Source: a bacterium (GTDB lineage: Bacteria; Pseudomonadota; Alphaproteobacteria; SP197). From it: a DNA stretch of 64,000 nucleotides. Shown piece after piece: positions 9,661-19,948 of the stretch. A program made the position numbers and the translations under genes. Below the pieces are notes generated by a model that searched no databases, was not told the origin of the DNA, and saw only the letters and a program-made list of their open reading frames with translations. How positions within the stretch are numbered: position 1 is the first letter of the stretch; every line of letters starts with the position of its first letter. The DNA lies in NCBI GenBank assembly GCA_028821455.1, contig JAPPGE010000088.1:26857-90856 (forward strand). Direction: 5' to 3'.

Positions 9661-10252
9661 TCCGCTCGATGACGATCCCGCCGCAACTGTCTTTCGCGAC
9701 GTCATTCTGCTTGCCCTGCTGGGATTCGTCGCTCTGGTGATCCTCCTGCTGCCGCACGTCAATCCCCCGGAAAAGAAGACATCCGACCTGATGACGCCAG
9801 GCAACGTGATCGTCGAGATCAAGTGGCCCGAGAGCATCGATGCCGACGTTGACCTCTGGGTCAGGGCTCCAGGCGATGGCGCGGTAGGCTGGTCTCAGCG
9901 CGGCGGCGCCATCTTCGACCTCCTGCGCGATGATCTTGGCTACCTCAACGATCTCACGGCCGCCAATCACGAGATGGCCTATTCCCGGGGTGTTCCGCAC
10001 GGCGAGTATGTCGTCAACGTCCACATGTACCGCAATGACACCGAGATCTGGCCGGTGCCGGTCTATGTCATCATCAGCGTCAAGCTCGACATCGACAAAC
10101 CCGCCCGCCAGATCCTCCTCGGCAAGGTCGACCTCGTGCGTGTCGATCAGGAAGAGACTGTCTATCGCTTCAACCTGAACGAGGCGGGAGGGCTGTTGCC
10201 TCATACCGTCAACAAACTCTACACCTCGCTCTTTGACAGCCAGCGTCTGTGA
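9647..10252 (+). CDS. membrane-anchored hypothetical protein, possibly a diverged ExbD/TolR-like partner
   Basis: GTG start overlapping the upstream gene by 14 nt. Single N-terminal TM with an Asp before the helix (FRDVILLALLGFVALVILLL), reminiscent of the ExbD/TolR/MotB protonatable Asp. No recognisable soluble domain. Confidence 0.5.
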   Translation: MQALDPLDDDPAATVFRDVILLALLGFVALVILLLPHVNPPEKKTSDLMTPGNVIVEIKWPESIDADVDLWVRAPGDGAVGWSQRGGAIFDLLRDDLGYLNDLTAANHEMAYSRGVPHGEYVVNVHMYRNDTEIWPVPVYVIISVKLDIDKPARQILLGKVDLVRVDQEETVYRFNLNEAGGLLPHTVNKLYTSLFDSQRL

Positions 10253-10255
10253 CCG

Positions 10256-10777
10256 ATGTCGCTCGTCGCCATCAGCTTCGTCGCCTGTTTCATGCTGGCT
10301 GCCGTTGCCGGCTGGGCGGCGGTCTCCTCCGCCGGACGCCTGTCCCGCAAGATCGCCGCGCTGGTGGCCCTCGCTCTCCTCGTGCCGGCAGGCTATGGCT
10401 CGGTCAGCGAACTGCTTGGCAGGCCCAAGCCCGTCAGCAGCGCCTGGCTGGAGGACTTCACCACCTATCACACGGTGATCGCCTGGGATATTCACGAGGA
10501 CAAGGCGATCTATCTGTGGCTCGAGATGCCCGACGGCCAGGAACCCAGAGTGTTCGCTTTCCCATACGATACGGCAACGGTCTCGCGGCTGCAGAAGGCC
10601 GGCGAGAGGGCGAAATCACTGGCCAGCAAGCTGCTCGCCCGCCTTGAAGAGACCGGACCGGCAGGCACCAGCCGCCTCGAGTTCACCAGCCAGACCGAGT
10701 TCCGTCGCGAACTTCCCGCCAAGCCCGACCCGGAGGATGAGGATGTCTTCCAGTTCGACGGGAAATCCGAGACCTAG
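10256..10777 (+). CDS. membrane-anchored hypothetical protein
   Basis: Starts 4 nt after the previous stop. N-terminal TM/signal-anchor (LVAISFVACFMLAAVAGWAAV), acidic C-terminus. No family recognised. Confidence 0.5.
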   Translation: MSLVAISFVACFMLAAVAGWAAVSSAGRLSRKIAALVALALLVPAGYGSVSELLGRPKPVSSAWLEDFTTYHTVIAWDIHEDKAIYLWLEMPDGQEPRVFAFPYDTATVSRLQKAGERAKSLASKLLARLEETGPAGTSRLEFTSQTEFRRELPAKPDPEDEDVFQFDGKSET

Positions 10778-11003
10778 GTTCTCCGATGTCCTGCCGCGGC
10801 AGGTTGGGCAGCACGAGGTCTGCGGTCATGATACGCTCCCCCGGCCCGGGGGTTCGTGATCAATACCGCAGGCAAGCCGGTTGAGCCCACGATCCGCCAC
10901 TCGCGGCCGCAGGGCGTCGATGTCGGCGAAACCGGACGCGCGCGTGTCGAAGAAGGGACTCTTTCGGGCAAACGACGGTCCCGGCCGCTGAAAGGACAGG
11001 ACG

Positions 11004-12023
11004 ATGCGACTCCTCGTGACCGGCGGCACCGGGTTCGTCATGAGTCATGTCGTGCGGACCTGGCTCGAACGCCACCCCTCGGCGTCTGTCGTTTCCGTCG
11101 ACGTTGCGCCGCCCGACTCCCTCGCGGAACGCTTCTTCGAGCTCGTCCGGGAACGGCTGACCGTGGTCACCGGAGACGTTCGCGACCCGCACCTGCTCGG
11201 CACGATACCCGGAAAGGAGTCGATGACCCATGTCGTGTGCGGCGCGGCCATGACGCCCACGATCGGCACCACCGAAAAATCCCGGGCGGCGACGATCGCG
11301 GGCGTCAACATCATGGGCCCGGTCCATTGCCTCGAGTTCGCACGCACCCTGCCGCGTCTCAAGCGCATGGTCCATGTTTCCACCGGCAGCGTCTACGGAG
11401 ACGACGGACCCGAGGACGGTGGACCACTTCCCGAGGACGGCCATGTTCGCCCGTTTCCCGCCACGCTCTATCCCATCACCAAGCTCTCCGGCGAGATGCT
11501 GGCCGGACGGTGGCGGGCGATGTTCGGATTGCCCCTCCACATCGTGCGCCTAGCCAGTGTCTACGGACCGATGGATCGCCCGACACCCGGACGTGACTAT
11601 GCCTGCGCTCCCCACGTGATGGTGCACAAAGCCCTGCGCGGAGTGCCCTGGAGCGTGGCGGGCGGAGAAGGCGTCGGCGATTTCATCCACGCCGGCGATG
11701 TGGCCGGCGCAATCTGCGAACTGCTTGCGGCTCCCGTCCTTCGCCACGACGTCTACAACATCGCTTCCGGTGAAACGACCACGCTGGACGCACTCGCCCG
11801 CCTCGTGTGCTCGGTCGTGCCCGGCGCGACCTGGCACGAGGCCGCACCCGGCGACGACGCCGATGTCGTCGGTTCTCCGTCTCGCAAGACCGGCGCCTGG
11901 GGCGCCTACGATATCACGCGCCTCACCTCTGATGTCCGGTGGCGGCCCAGACCGCTCCATCAGGGCCTTGCCAACTACGCGACATGGATCACCGACAACG
12001 AAGCAACCAGACCGCACTCTTGA
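11004..12023 (+). CDS. NAD-dependent epimerase/dehydratase (extended SDR)
   Basis: N-terminal VTGGTGFV Rossmann motif and YxxxK-type region (YPITK). Confidence 0.8.
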   Translation: MRLLVTGGTGFVMSHVVRTWLERHPSASVVSVDVAPPDSLAERFFELVRERLTVVTGDVRDPHLLGTIPGKESMTHVVCGAAMTPTIGTTEKSRAATIAGVNIMGPVHCLEFARTLPRLKRMVHVSTGSVYGDDGPEDGGPLPEDGHVRPFPATLYPITKLSGEMLAGRWRAMFGLPLHIVRLASVYGPMDRPTPGRDYACAPHVMVHKALRGVPWSVAGGEGVGDFIHAGDVAGAICELLAAPVLRHDVYNIASGETTTLDALARLVCSVVPGATWHEAAPGDDADVVGSPSRKTGAWGAYDITRLTSDVRWRPRPLHQGLANYATWITDNEATRPHS

Positions 12024-12299
12024 CGAACGTGTCCGGTCCATGTGACCGGGAGGCGTCAACGAATTCGCCGGCGCAATGTTCTACCCTTCGGGCGCCGTCT
12101 GCTGATCTTTCTCGATTGGACAGATCATCATATTCCCGCTGCGCGTCAACTGCCGTGAAGGGCGGAGGGCCCCGGGATCGTCCATCCTGATGACGCTCGG
12201 TACCGACCTGGATGATGGCGCACGCTCTTGCAGGCCCTCACCACAGTACCGGTTCCATGGAATCAACGACTTGGCTGAACGCCATCCGGTTGTTCAGAC

Positions 12300-12372
12300 C
12301 CATGCCGAATTGACGCCTCTCGCCTCGCTGTGGTATTAGTTTCTTACGCCCGAAGTAATACCTCGAGGATTC
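12300..12372 (+). promoter_or_regulatory. AT-rich leader/promoter region of the vapBC operon
   Basis: Local GC drop (tggtattagtttcttacgcccgaagtaatacctcgaggattc) immediately upstream of the RHH antitoxin start. Confidence 0.3.
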
Positions 12373-12612
12373 ATGGCAACGATCTCGCTGAAACTTCCCG
12401 ACCCGCTTGCACTACGGCTTGCTGAAACCGCCCGCAGTAGGCGCACGAGCAAATCTGCCATTGTTCGGGATGCGCTGGATGCCTATCTGTCCGCAAGCGA
12501 GCCACACCCGGAAGGTTCCGCACTGGCGTTTGCCGCTGATGTGAAAGGCGTGCTCGCCGGGCCTCCGGATCTTTCCTGCAACAAGGAGCACATGCGGGGC
12601 TTCGGCCGTTGA
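12373..12612 (+). CDS. vapB: ribbon-helix-helix (CopG/VapB-type) antitoxin
   Basis: 79 aa, N-terminal RHH pattern (ISLKLPDPLALRLAETARSRRTSKSAIVRDALDAYL). Stop overlaps the toxin start (TTGA). Confidence 0.75.
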   Translation: MATISLKLPDPLALRLAETARSRRTSKSAIVRDALDAYLSASEPHPEGSALAFAADVKGVLAGPPDLSCNKEHMRGFGR

Positions 12613-13058
12613 GCATCATTCTCGACACCGGGCCACTGGTTGCATTTCTGAATCGCCGTGACGCATACCATCACTGGGCCGTGGATCAATGGTCGAACGC
12701 AACACCGCCTTTGCTCACTTGTGAAGCTGTCGTCGCCGAAGCTTGCTATCTGGTGCGAACTTTCTCCGGAGGCGAGGCTGCCGTGCTGGAGCTTGTTGCA
12801 CGGGGAGTGGTGGAGATTCCATTTGTTCTGGCTGACCAGGCACACGACGTAGCTCGATTGCTGAAGAAATACTGCAACGTTCCCATGTCCCTCGCCGACG
12901 GCTGCCTTGTGCGCATGGCCGAGAAACTTGCCAGCAGTGCCATCATGACGCTCGACAGCGATTTCGCCATCTACCGCAGGAATGGTCGCGAAGTCATCCC
13001 GTTGCTGACCCCTGACCAGTTCAACCGGGAGCCTCCGGGGCCGGAGCGGTTCACGTGA
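12609..13058 (+). CDS. vapC: PIN-domain ribonuclease toxin (VapC-like)
   Basis: TTG start. N-terminal ILDTGPLVAF with conserved Asp and a downstream acidic residue pattern (TLDSDF) typical of PIN toxins. 4-nt overlap with the antitoxin. Confidence 0.75.
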   Translation: MSIILDTGPLVAFLNRRDAYHHWAVDQWSNATPPLLTCEAVVAEACYLVRTFSGGEAAVLELVARGVVEIPFVLADQAHDVARLLKKYCNVPMSLADGCLVRMAEKLASSAIMTLDSDFAIYRRNGREVIPLLTPDQFNREPPGPERFT

Positions 13059-13473
13059 CGCATGAACTGCTTGGGCCACTTGGCTCAAGCTGGTGGCGAG
13101 ATGATCGGATGCCCCACGACCGCCACCCGGATGACAGGTTCATCGCAGCGGCGACAGGTGCTACCTCATTGCCGGTCATGACCATGCCTGTTGGTTCGCG
13201 ATGGCGGGATGCGCGTCGTCCGGAGGGTTCTCCCACAGGCGCTCTTCACTGGATGGACAAGGTGCAGACGATCCAATCCTGGCGCTGCCCATCCGGAAGA
13301 ATGCCGAGAACTGCAATCTGCGTGATAGGAACCCAGCATCGCGTCGCACTACGACAATCGATCTCGCAGGCTCCTTACCGCGTCGGGGCAGGCGAAGGTG
13401 CCTGACTCGCCCGTGGTCTACGGGATCCGAAGCGCGTCCGGGAATTGTGCCAGATTCGGAATGGAGGGACATC

Positions 13474-14178
13474 ATGAGGTTTGCCTCGCCGCTCAGACGC
13501 GCCACGCTGGTGAGGCGCTACAAGAGGTTTCTTTCCGATCACCGGCTGGATGACGGCAACATCGTCACCGCACACTGCGCCAATCCGGGGCAGATGACGG
13601 GTATTGCCGAAACCGGCATGACGACCTGGCTGCAGGATGTCTCCGGCGGCAAACGCAAGCTTGCCTGGTCCTGGGAACTCGTGTGTGCGGACGGGGGACT
13701 CGTCGGCTGCCACACGGGCAAGCCGAACCGGCTTGTCGAAGAGGCGATCTCGAGGGGCGGCATTGCCGAGCTGGCCGGCTACGGGTCGCTACGCCGCGAA
13801 GTGGTCTGGGGTGACCACTCGCGCTTCGATTTCCTGCTCGAGGATCCCACGCGCGGATCCTGCTACGTCGAGGTCAAGAACTGCCACATGCGCCGGCTGG
13901 GGACGTGCGCGGAATTCCCGGACGCGGTGACCACACGCGGGGCACGACACATGGAGGAACTCGTGTCGGTGGTCAGGGCCGGTCATCGGGCCGTCGTGGT
14001 CTGGTGCGTCCAGCGCATGGACTGCGACTCCCTTGCAATTGCCGATGACATCGACCCCGGATTCGCTGCTGCGGTGACACGGGCCTCGGGCATGGGCGTT
14101 GAGACACTGGCCTATTCGTGTAGATTGACCACCGAAGACATCGTGATCGATCGGCGGATTCCGGTCCGCCTTTCGTGA
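13474..14178 (+). CDS. sfsA: sugar fermentation stimulation protein A (SfsA family)
   Basis: ATG 13474 preceded by GGAGGG. MRFASPLRRATLVRRYKRFLSD..VEVK pattern characteristic of SfsA. Confidence 0.85.
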   Translation: MRFASPLRRATLVRRYKRFLSDHRLDDGNIVTAHCANPGQMTGIAETGMTTWLQDVSGGKRKLAWSWELVCADGGLVGCHTGKPNRLVEEAISRGGIAELAGYGSLRREVVWGDHSRFDFLLEDPTRGSCYVEVKNCHMRRLGTCAEFPDAVTTRGARHMEELVSVVRAGHRAVVVWCVQRMDCDSLAIADDIDPGFAAAVTRASGMGVETLAYSCRLTTEDIVIDRRIPVRLS

Positions 14179-14196
14179 CAGACACCGGAGTTTCCG

Positions 14197-15009
14197 ATGC
14201 AGCTCAAGCGTCGCCAGAGCGACTCGCACGTGACAATCCACTCTCCGGAGGACATGGACGGCATGCGTGCTGCCGGCTCGCTTGCAGCACGGACGCTCGA
14301 CATGATCGCGCCTCACGTCGTTCCCGGTGTCACCACCGAGACCCTGGATCGTCTTTGTCACACCTTCATCCTCGATCATGGAGCGGTCCCGGCGCCGCTC
14401 AATTATCGCGGTTATCCCAAGTCGATCTGCACCTCGATCAACCACGTGATCTGTCACGGCATACCGAGTTCCGGCAGGGTGTTGCGCGACGGTGACATCA
14501 TGAACATCGACGTCACCGTGCTGCTCGACGGCTGGCATGGCGACACCAGCCGCATGTACTACGTCGGCAACGTGCGCCGGAAAGCCTCGCGCCTGTGCGA
14601 GGTGTGCCACGAATCCATGTGGCTCGGCATCGAATCGGTGAAGCCGGGCGCCCGGCTCGGCGATGTCGGTCATGCAATCCAGAGCCATGCCGAGGCACAG
14701 CGCTGCTCGGTGGTCTACGAGTTCTGCGGCCACGGCATCGGCCGCATCTTCCACGATGCGCCCAACGTCCTTCACGTCGGCGAACCGGGGACCGGTCTCG
14801 AACTTGAACCTGGCATGTTCTTTACCATCGAGCCGATGCTCAATCTTGGTCGCCCGGAAGCTTTGATCCTCGATGACGGCTGGACAGCGGTGACTCGGGA
14901 CAAGAGCCTCTCGGCGCAGTGGGAACATTCCGTCGCCGTGACCGAAGACGGCTTCGAGGTCTTCACGCTGTCGCCTGCCGGCCATACCTTGCCACCCTAT
15001 TCAAGCTGA
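14197..15009 (+). CDS. map: type I methionine aminopeptidase
   Basis: Canonical MAP-I metal-ligand layout (D..D..H..E..E). FCGHGIG and PMLN regions. Confidence 0.9.
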   Translation: MQLKRRQSDSHVTIHSPEDMDGMRAAGSLAARTLDMIAPHVVPGVTTETLDRLCHTFILDHGAVPAPLNYRGYPKSICTSINHVICHGIPSSGRVLRDGDIMNIDVTVLLDGWHGDTSRMYYVGNVRRKASRLCEVCHESMWLGIESVKPGARLGDVGHAIQSHAEAQRCSVVYEFCGHGIGRIFHDAPNVLHVGEPGTGLELEPGMFFTIEPMLNLGRPEALILDDGWTAVTRDKSLSAQWEHSVAVTEDGFEVFTLSPAGHTLPPYSS

Positions 15010-15019
15010 CAAGCGGCCG

Positions 15020-15974
15020 GATGACCGGCGCGATGTCCACCGGGGCGTCCGTATCCGTAAGGCAGAAGGTCGCCGGCAACGTCGTGCTGGCGGTGGGAAC
15101 CTCGGTGTGGGGAACGCACTTCCTTGTAACGGACATCCTGCTTGCAGGGTGGGATCCCTACTTCCTCACCATGGCCCGCTTGCTGTCGGCCACCGGGTTC
15201 CTGCTCACCTTTCTCACCCTGCAGTCCAGGGGGCGTCCCTTCGCCCGGGTCCCCTGGAAGCCGGCCCTGCTGCTGGGGAGTGCCGGCATCGCCGTCTCGA
15301 CTGTGCTTCTCACCCTTGGCGTGAAGTACGCCGGAGCCGTTCCCGCGTCCATCGTCGCCGCGGCCGCTCCGATTGTCGCGGCATTCGTGGCACGGGCGGG
15401 CTTCGGCATTCCTCTCACGCTGGGGGTTGCGTTTGGTGCCGTCATTGCCGTCACCGGGGGCATCATCGCCGCTCTCGGGTCGGCGGCAGGGGGTATCGGT
15501 ACCGTCCGGGGCGGTGAACTGTTCATTCTCGCCGCCATCACCCTCTTCACCTGGTACTCCATAGGCGCCCAGCGCTGGCTGACGGGACTCTCGCAACTTG
15601 GCATCACCGCCATCACCATCATGATCGGCGCCATGACCATGGTGGTCGCCCTGCCGGTACTCGTCGGGCTCGGAATCGCAGAGACCCGCTTCGAGCTCAG
15701 CTGGAGTTCGATCGCTTTCATCCTTTATCTGGGAGCAGGCCCCGCCTCGTTTTCCCTCTTTACCTGGCACTGGGGGGTCAGCCGGGTCGGTGTCACCATT
15801 GCCTCGATCTACTCGAATCTGGTGCCTGTGGTGGTGGTGGCCATCCGTACACTGGAGGGCATCCCGCCGACGACCGGGCACGTGATTGGCGGCATTCTCA
15901 TCATCACCGGTGTCCTCGTCGCCCAGCTCCTCCCCTCCGGGCGTTCACGTCTTGCCCGCAGGCGCCAGGCATGA
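15020..15974 (+). CDS. DMT-superfamily (EamA-like) transporter
   Basis: About 10 TM helices in two EamA-like repeats. ATG 15020 chosen downstream of the map stop. Confidence 0.7.
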
Positions 15975-17167
15975 GGGGACGACGTCCCGTCAGGGTGGTG
16001 GCCCTCGTCAGTCTGGGACACCTGACGAATCATCTCATCGTCATGGTGGTGCCGCCACTCGTGGTCACATGGGTTGAGGACTTTGCCATCGACTACACCG
16101 CCATCGGCGTCATCATGGCTGTGACGGCCATCACGTCAGCCGTGTCCGTGGTTCCCGTTGGCATCCTCACCGACCGGGTGCCGGCACGCCATGTCCTGAT
16201 TGCAGGACTCTGCGTCCTGTCACTTTCGGTGATCGGACTCGGGTTCGCCCAAAGCTATGTCGAGCTCCTCGTCTGGGCCGCGTTCATGGGGCTTGGCAAC
16301 ACCGTGTTTCATCCATGCGGATACACGATCCTGTCAGCCGGTGTACCGAAACAGTGGCTCGGGCGCGCCTTCAGCGTGCACACCTTTGCCGGCTATGCGG
16401 GCTTCGCCCTGACACCGGCATTCATCGGGCTGTCGGTTCTCTACTGGGACTGGAGGAGTGCTCTCATTGCAATGGGGCTGGCCGGACTTGCCGTGGCCGC
16501 CACCATGACACTGAACCGCGACATTCTGGTCGATGGCAGGGGGACCGACTCCGGCGACAGGGACCGGCGCCGGGAACGCCGAACCATCCTCCTGACCTTG
16601 CCTGTCCAGATGTGCTTCGCCTTCTTCTTCCTGACAACCATCGCCTATTGGGGATTCGACAGCTTCCTTCCGGCATCCCTCTTCGAGCATCACGGAATTC
16701 CGGAGACGCTGGGCACATTTGCGCTGACGGTCTTCTTCGGGTTTTCCGCCGTCGGCATCCTCATTGGCGGAGTGATCGCCGACCGCACGACCCGGCATGA
16801 CCTGACGGCGACCGGCGGATTCGTCATTGCCGCCACGTGCATCTTCCTTGTCGGAGATGTCGCCGGCGGCACGGCAACGATCTTCGTTCTGATTGCCATC
16901 GCCGGCCTTGGCGCAGGTGTGGTGACTCCCTCGCGCGATCTCATCGTGCGCCGGGTGACACCACCCTCGGAAACCGGCAAGGTATTCGCGTTCATGACCC
17001 TAGGCATGGATGCCGGAACCTTCATCGCTCCACCGCTTTTCGGCATTCTCATGGACGGGGGACATGTGGTGTGGTTGTTCCGCCTCGCCGCGATCATGCT
17101 GATCTGTTCCGTGCTGACGGTGACGGCCACCCAACACATTCACAGACACCGGGGAGTGCCGGCATGA
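15971..17167 (+). CDS. MFS transporter
   Basis: 12 predicted TM helices. MFS-type loop motif between TM2 and TM3 (GILTDRVPARH). Confidence 0.8.
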   Translation: MRGRRPVRVVALVSLGHLTNHLIVMVVPPLVVTWVEDFAIDYTAIGVIMAVTAITSAVSVVPVGILTDRVPARHVLIAGLCVLSLSVIGLGFAQSYVELLVWAAFMGLGNTVFHPCGYTILSAGVPKQWLGRAFSVHTFAGYAGFALTPAFIGLSVLYWDWRSALIAMGLAGLAVAATMTLNRDILVDGRGTDSGDRDRRRERRTILLTLPVQMCFAFFFLTTIAYWGFDSFLPASLFEHHGIPETLGTFALTVFFGFSAVGILIGGVIADRTTRHDLTATGGFVIAATCIFLVGDVAGGTATIFVLIAIAGLGAGVVTPSRDLIVRRVTPPSETGKVFAFMTLGMDAGTFIAPPLFGILMDGGHVVWLFRLAAIMLICSVLTVTATQHIHRHRGVPA

Positions 17168-17955
17168 CACCTGATGACGTGAAGAAGGCTGCCGCCATGT
17201 TGGTCCGGGCGCGGGACGCAGGAGGCGAGGTTCCTCGCCTTCCCGCGGACTTGCGGCCCGTGACGATGCAGGAAGGCTACGCGATCCAGGATGAGGTGAT
17301 CCGCCAGCGCGCCGCCAGCGGTATGGAACAGGCGGGCTGGAAGGTTGGCTGCACGTCGAAGGTCATGCAGGAGATGCTGGGGCTCGACGTACCGGGTGGC
17401 GGCGCCGTGCTCGCTGCAAACCACCTCATCACTCCGGCACGCCAGGCGGCATCCGGCCTGACCAACCCCGTGGCCGAATGCGAGATCGCCGTACGCATCG
17501 GGCAGGACCTGGAACCAAGGGAAGGCGGACACGACCGAACGACTGTTGCCCATTGTGTCGAATCCTGCATGGCAGCCATCGAACTGGCCGAACTGCGGCA
17601 TCCCGAGCACGCCGACATGGCGCCGGCGGAAAAGGTGGCGGACGACTTCTTCCAGAGACTGATCGTCACGGGCAAGGAAGTCACCGAGTGGCAGGCGCTT
17701 GACCTCGCCGCACTCCGGGCAACCACCACCGTCTCGGGCGTGGCGCGGGGCGAAGGATACGGGGAGGCCAGCCTGGGTCATCCCCTCAACACCGTGGCGT
17801 GGCTCGCCAACTGCCTGGCAGAACGCGGGACCAGGCTTCTGGCCGGGCACGTCGTGCTGACCGGTTCCCTGGTCGAAGCCGTCCTGGTCGAAGAGGGAGA
17901 CGATATCCTCTGCGCCGTCGAAGACCTTGGCGAGGTCCGCCTCACCATGGTCTGA
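17164..17955 (+). CDS. FAH-family hydratase (2-keto-4-pentenoate / 2-oxohept-3-enedioate hydratase-like)
   Basis: ATG 17164 overlapping the MFS stop. MhpD/HpaH-like pattern. The 5' extension of track ORF 16837..17955 was rejected because it overlaps the MFS gene. Confidence 0.7.
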   Translation: MTPDDVKKAAAMLVRARDAGGEVPRLPADLRPVTMQEGYAIQDEVIRQRAASGMEQAGWKVGCTSKVMQEMLGLDVPGGGAVLAANHLITPARQAASGLTNPVAECEIAVRIGQDLEPREGGHDRTTVAHCVESCMAAIELAELRHPEHADMAPAEKVADDFFQRLIVTGKEVTEWQALDLAALRATTTVSGVARGEGYGEASLGHPLNTVAWLANCLAERGTRLLAGHVVLTGSLVEAVLVEEGDDILCAVEDLGEVRLTMV

Positions 17956-18754
17956 CGTGGCCGATTTCCACTCCTGGGAGACCCTCACCTCTCCCGATCT
18001 GAAGCGGTTGGCCGGCACCAGGTGTGTAGCGGTTCTCGCCATGGGGGCGACGGAACAGCACGGACCCCACCTGCCGCTTGGTACCGATACGATGATTGCC
18101 AGAGGCCTCACCGACCGGGCGCGACAGCATGTCGCAACCGCGGGGACGGTTCTGGTTCTGCCCCCTCTCGCCATCGGCAAGAGCAGCGAGCACACGTCGT
18201 TTCCGGGAACCTTCACCCACGAGCCGGAAACCCTGTTGGCCATGATACGGCAGATTGGCGCCGGCCTTGCAGCCAGCCGCATTCACCGCCTGGTGATCGT
18301 CAATGCCCATGGTGGCCAGCCGCAGATCGTTGATCTTGCGGCGCAGGACCTGAGAGACCGCCACGCCATGCTGGTGGTCCGGGCGAACTACATGACCTGG
18401 CCGCTACCCCCTCACCTCGCCGGTCTCGACCCCGAGGGACACCATGGAGGCATGATGGAAACCGCCATCATGCTCGCCCTCCACCCGGACCTTGTCGCGA
18501 TGGCGAACGCTGGCTCCTTCCCTTCCGTGGCAACATCGCTGGCTTCCCGGCACCGGAGATTTGGCCACGGCGGCCGGCTCGGTTTTGCCTGGCGGGCCGA
18601 GGACCTCAATCCCGCAGGAGTCGTCGGCAGGGCCGGTGAGGCAACGACGGCACTGGGCGAGGAACTTCTTGACCATTTCGGTCAGATGCTGGGAGAACTC
18701 ATCTCTGATGCTCTCGATATCGACCGTCGCGAGGTGTTCGGATCCGGTCACTGA
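17927..18754 (+). CDS. creatininase-family amidohydrolase
   Basis: AMGATEQHGPHLPLGTD and HGG motifs of creatinine amidohydrolase / MftE-like proteins. A GTG at 17957 just after the upstream stop is an alternative start. Confidence 0.75.
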   Translation: MARSASPWSDVADFHSWETLTSPDLKRLAGTRCVAVLAMGATEQHGPHLPLGTDTMIARGLTDRARQHVATAGTVLVLPPLAIGKSSEHTSFPGTFTHEPETLLAMIRQIGAGLAASRIHRLVIVNAHGGQPQIVDLAAQDLRDRHAMLVVRANYMTWPLPPHLAGLDPEGHHGGMMETAIMLALHPDLVAMANAGSFPSVATSLASRHRRFGHGGRLGFAWRAEDLNPAGVVGRAGEATTALGEELLDHFGQMLGELISDALDIDRREVFGSGH

Positions 18755-18777
18755 TCACCGAAGGAAGGGGACATTCC

Positions 18778-19947
18778 GTGGACATGGCGCTCACACACGA
18801 TGACCTTGATGTACGCGAACGGGCACGCGGCTTCGCCCGCCGGCATCTCTGGCCTCATGAAATCACTCTCGATGAGAATGGGTCACTCGATGAGGCCACG
18901 GAAGCCGGAATTCGCCAGGGGGTCCTCGACTACCGCCTCAACGCCATCAACCATGATCCCGAGCATGGCGGCCAGGGCATGACGATCGTCCAGCAGTGCA
19001 TCGTCAACGAAGAAGTCGGCTCGGCAACCAATGGCCTCTGGGGGCGCGTCTGGCAACCACCCATCTGCCTGAATCAGGGAACGCCCGAACAAATCGAGAC
19101 CTACCTGGTGCCGGCATGCCGTGGTGACGTCACTGTGTCGTTCTGCACCACCGAGCCCGGAGCCGGATCGGATGCCGGCGGCATCAGGACGTCGGCGCAC
19201 CTCGCCGGGAACCACTATGTCATCAACGGCGAGAAGTGCTTTGCCAGCAACTCGGAAAGTGCTCACGTCAATCTCGTGACCACCATCATGGATGGCGACC
19301 CGGCACGTCCGACCCTGTTTCTCGTCGACAGGGGCACCGAAGGGTTCAACATCCGGCGCACGCCCCGGTTTTCCCAGCGCTCGGGACACGAACATCCCGA
19401 GGTCGATCTCGTTGACGTGCGGGTCCCGACGACACAGATGCTGGGTAACGTGGGCGAAGGATTCGAGCTCACCAAGGACTGGTTCGTCGAGGCCCGACTG
19501 GCGATTGCGGCGCGCAGTATCGGCATGGCGGTCCGCGCCTCGGAGCTGGCTCTTGACTGGGCCCGGGAGCGACGGCAGTTCGGCCAGGCCATCATCGAGT
19601 TCCAGGGCATCGGGTTCATGTTCGCCGACATGGCAACGGAGATCATGGCCGGCAAGTCGATGCTCTACCGCACCGCCCAGGAAATCGACGCCGGTCTCGA
19701 CCGCCGGATGGCCCATGCCAAGGCAAGCGCCATCAAGTACTACTGTTCGGAGGCTGCGTTCCGGGCGGTTGACCGCGCAGCACAGATCTTCGGGGGACGC
19801 GGCACGATGTGCGAAAACCCCGTCGAGCGGCTGACCCGCGACGTCCGTCTCGAACGGATCTGGGAAGGCACCTCGGAGATCCAGAAGGTCATCATGGCAG
19901 GTCAGATCACGAAGCGCGGCCTCGACCCCTACATCGGCTGGGCCTGA
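18778..19947 (+). CDS. acyl-CoA dehydrogenase family protein
   Basis: ACAD N-terminal, middle and C-terminal domain pattern, with catalytic-base region near the C-terminus (ERIWEGTSEIQ). Confidence 0.85.
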   Translation: MDMALTHDDLDVRERARGFARRHLWPHEITLDENGSLDEATEAGIRQGVLDYRLNAINHDPEHGGQGMTIVQQCIVNEEVGSATNGLWGRVWQPPICLNQGTPEQIETYLVPACRGDVTVSFCTTEPGAGSDAGGIRTSAHLAGNHYVINGEKCFASNSESAHVNLVTTIMDGDPARPTLFLVDRGTEGFNIRRTPRFSQRSGHEHPEVDLVDVRVPTTQMLGNVGEGFELTKDWFVEARLAIAARSIGMAVRASELALDWARERRQFGQAIIEFQGIGFMFADMATEIMAGKSMLYRTAQEIDAGLDRRMAHAKASAIKYYCSEAAFRAVDRAAQIFGGRGTMCENPVERLTRDVRLERIWEGTSEIQKVIMAGQITKRGLDPYIGWA

Positions 19948-19948
19948 C

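Noticed and set aside
13055-13405. 116-aa ORF in the vapC–sfsA intergenic gap
   Set aside because: No RBS and no recognisable family; composition resembles noncoding high-GC sequence. Left as intergenic.
16837-17163. 5' extension of the hydratase ORF (track start 16837)
   Set aside because: Overlaps the 3' third of the MFS transporter gene in another frame. The ATG at 17164 gives a full-length FAH-family protein.
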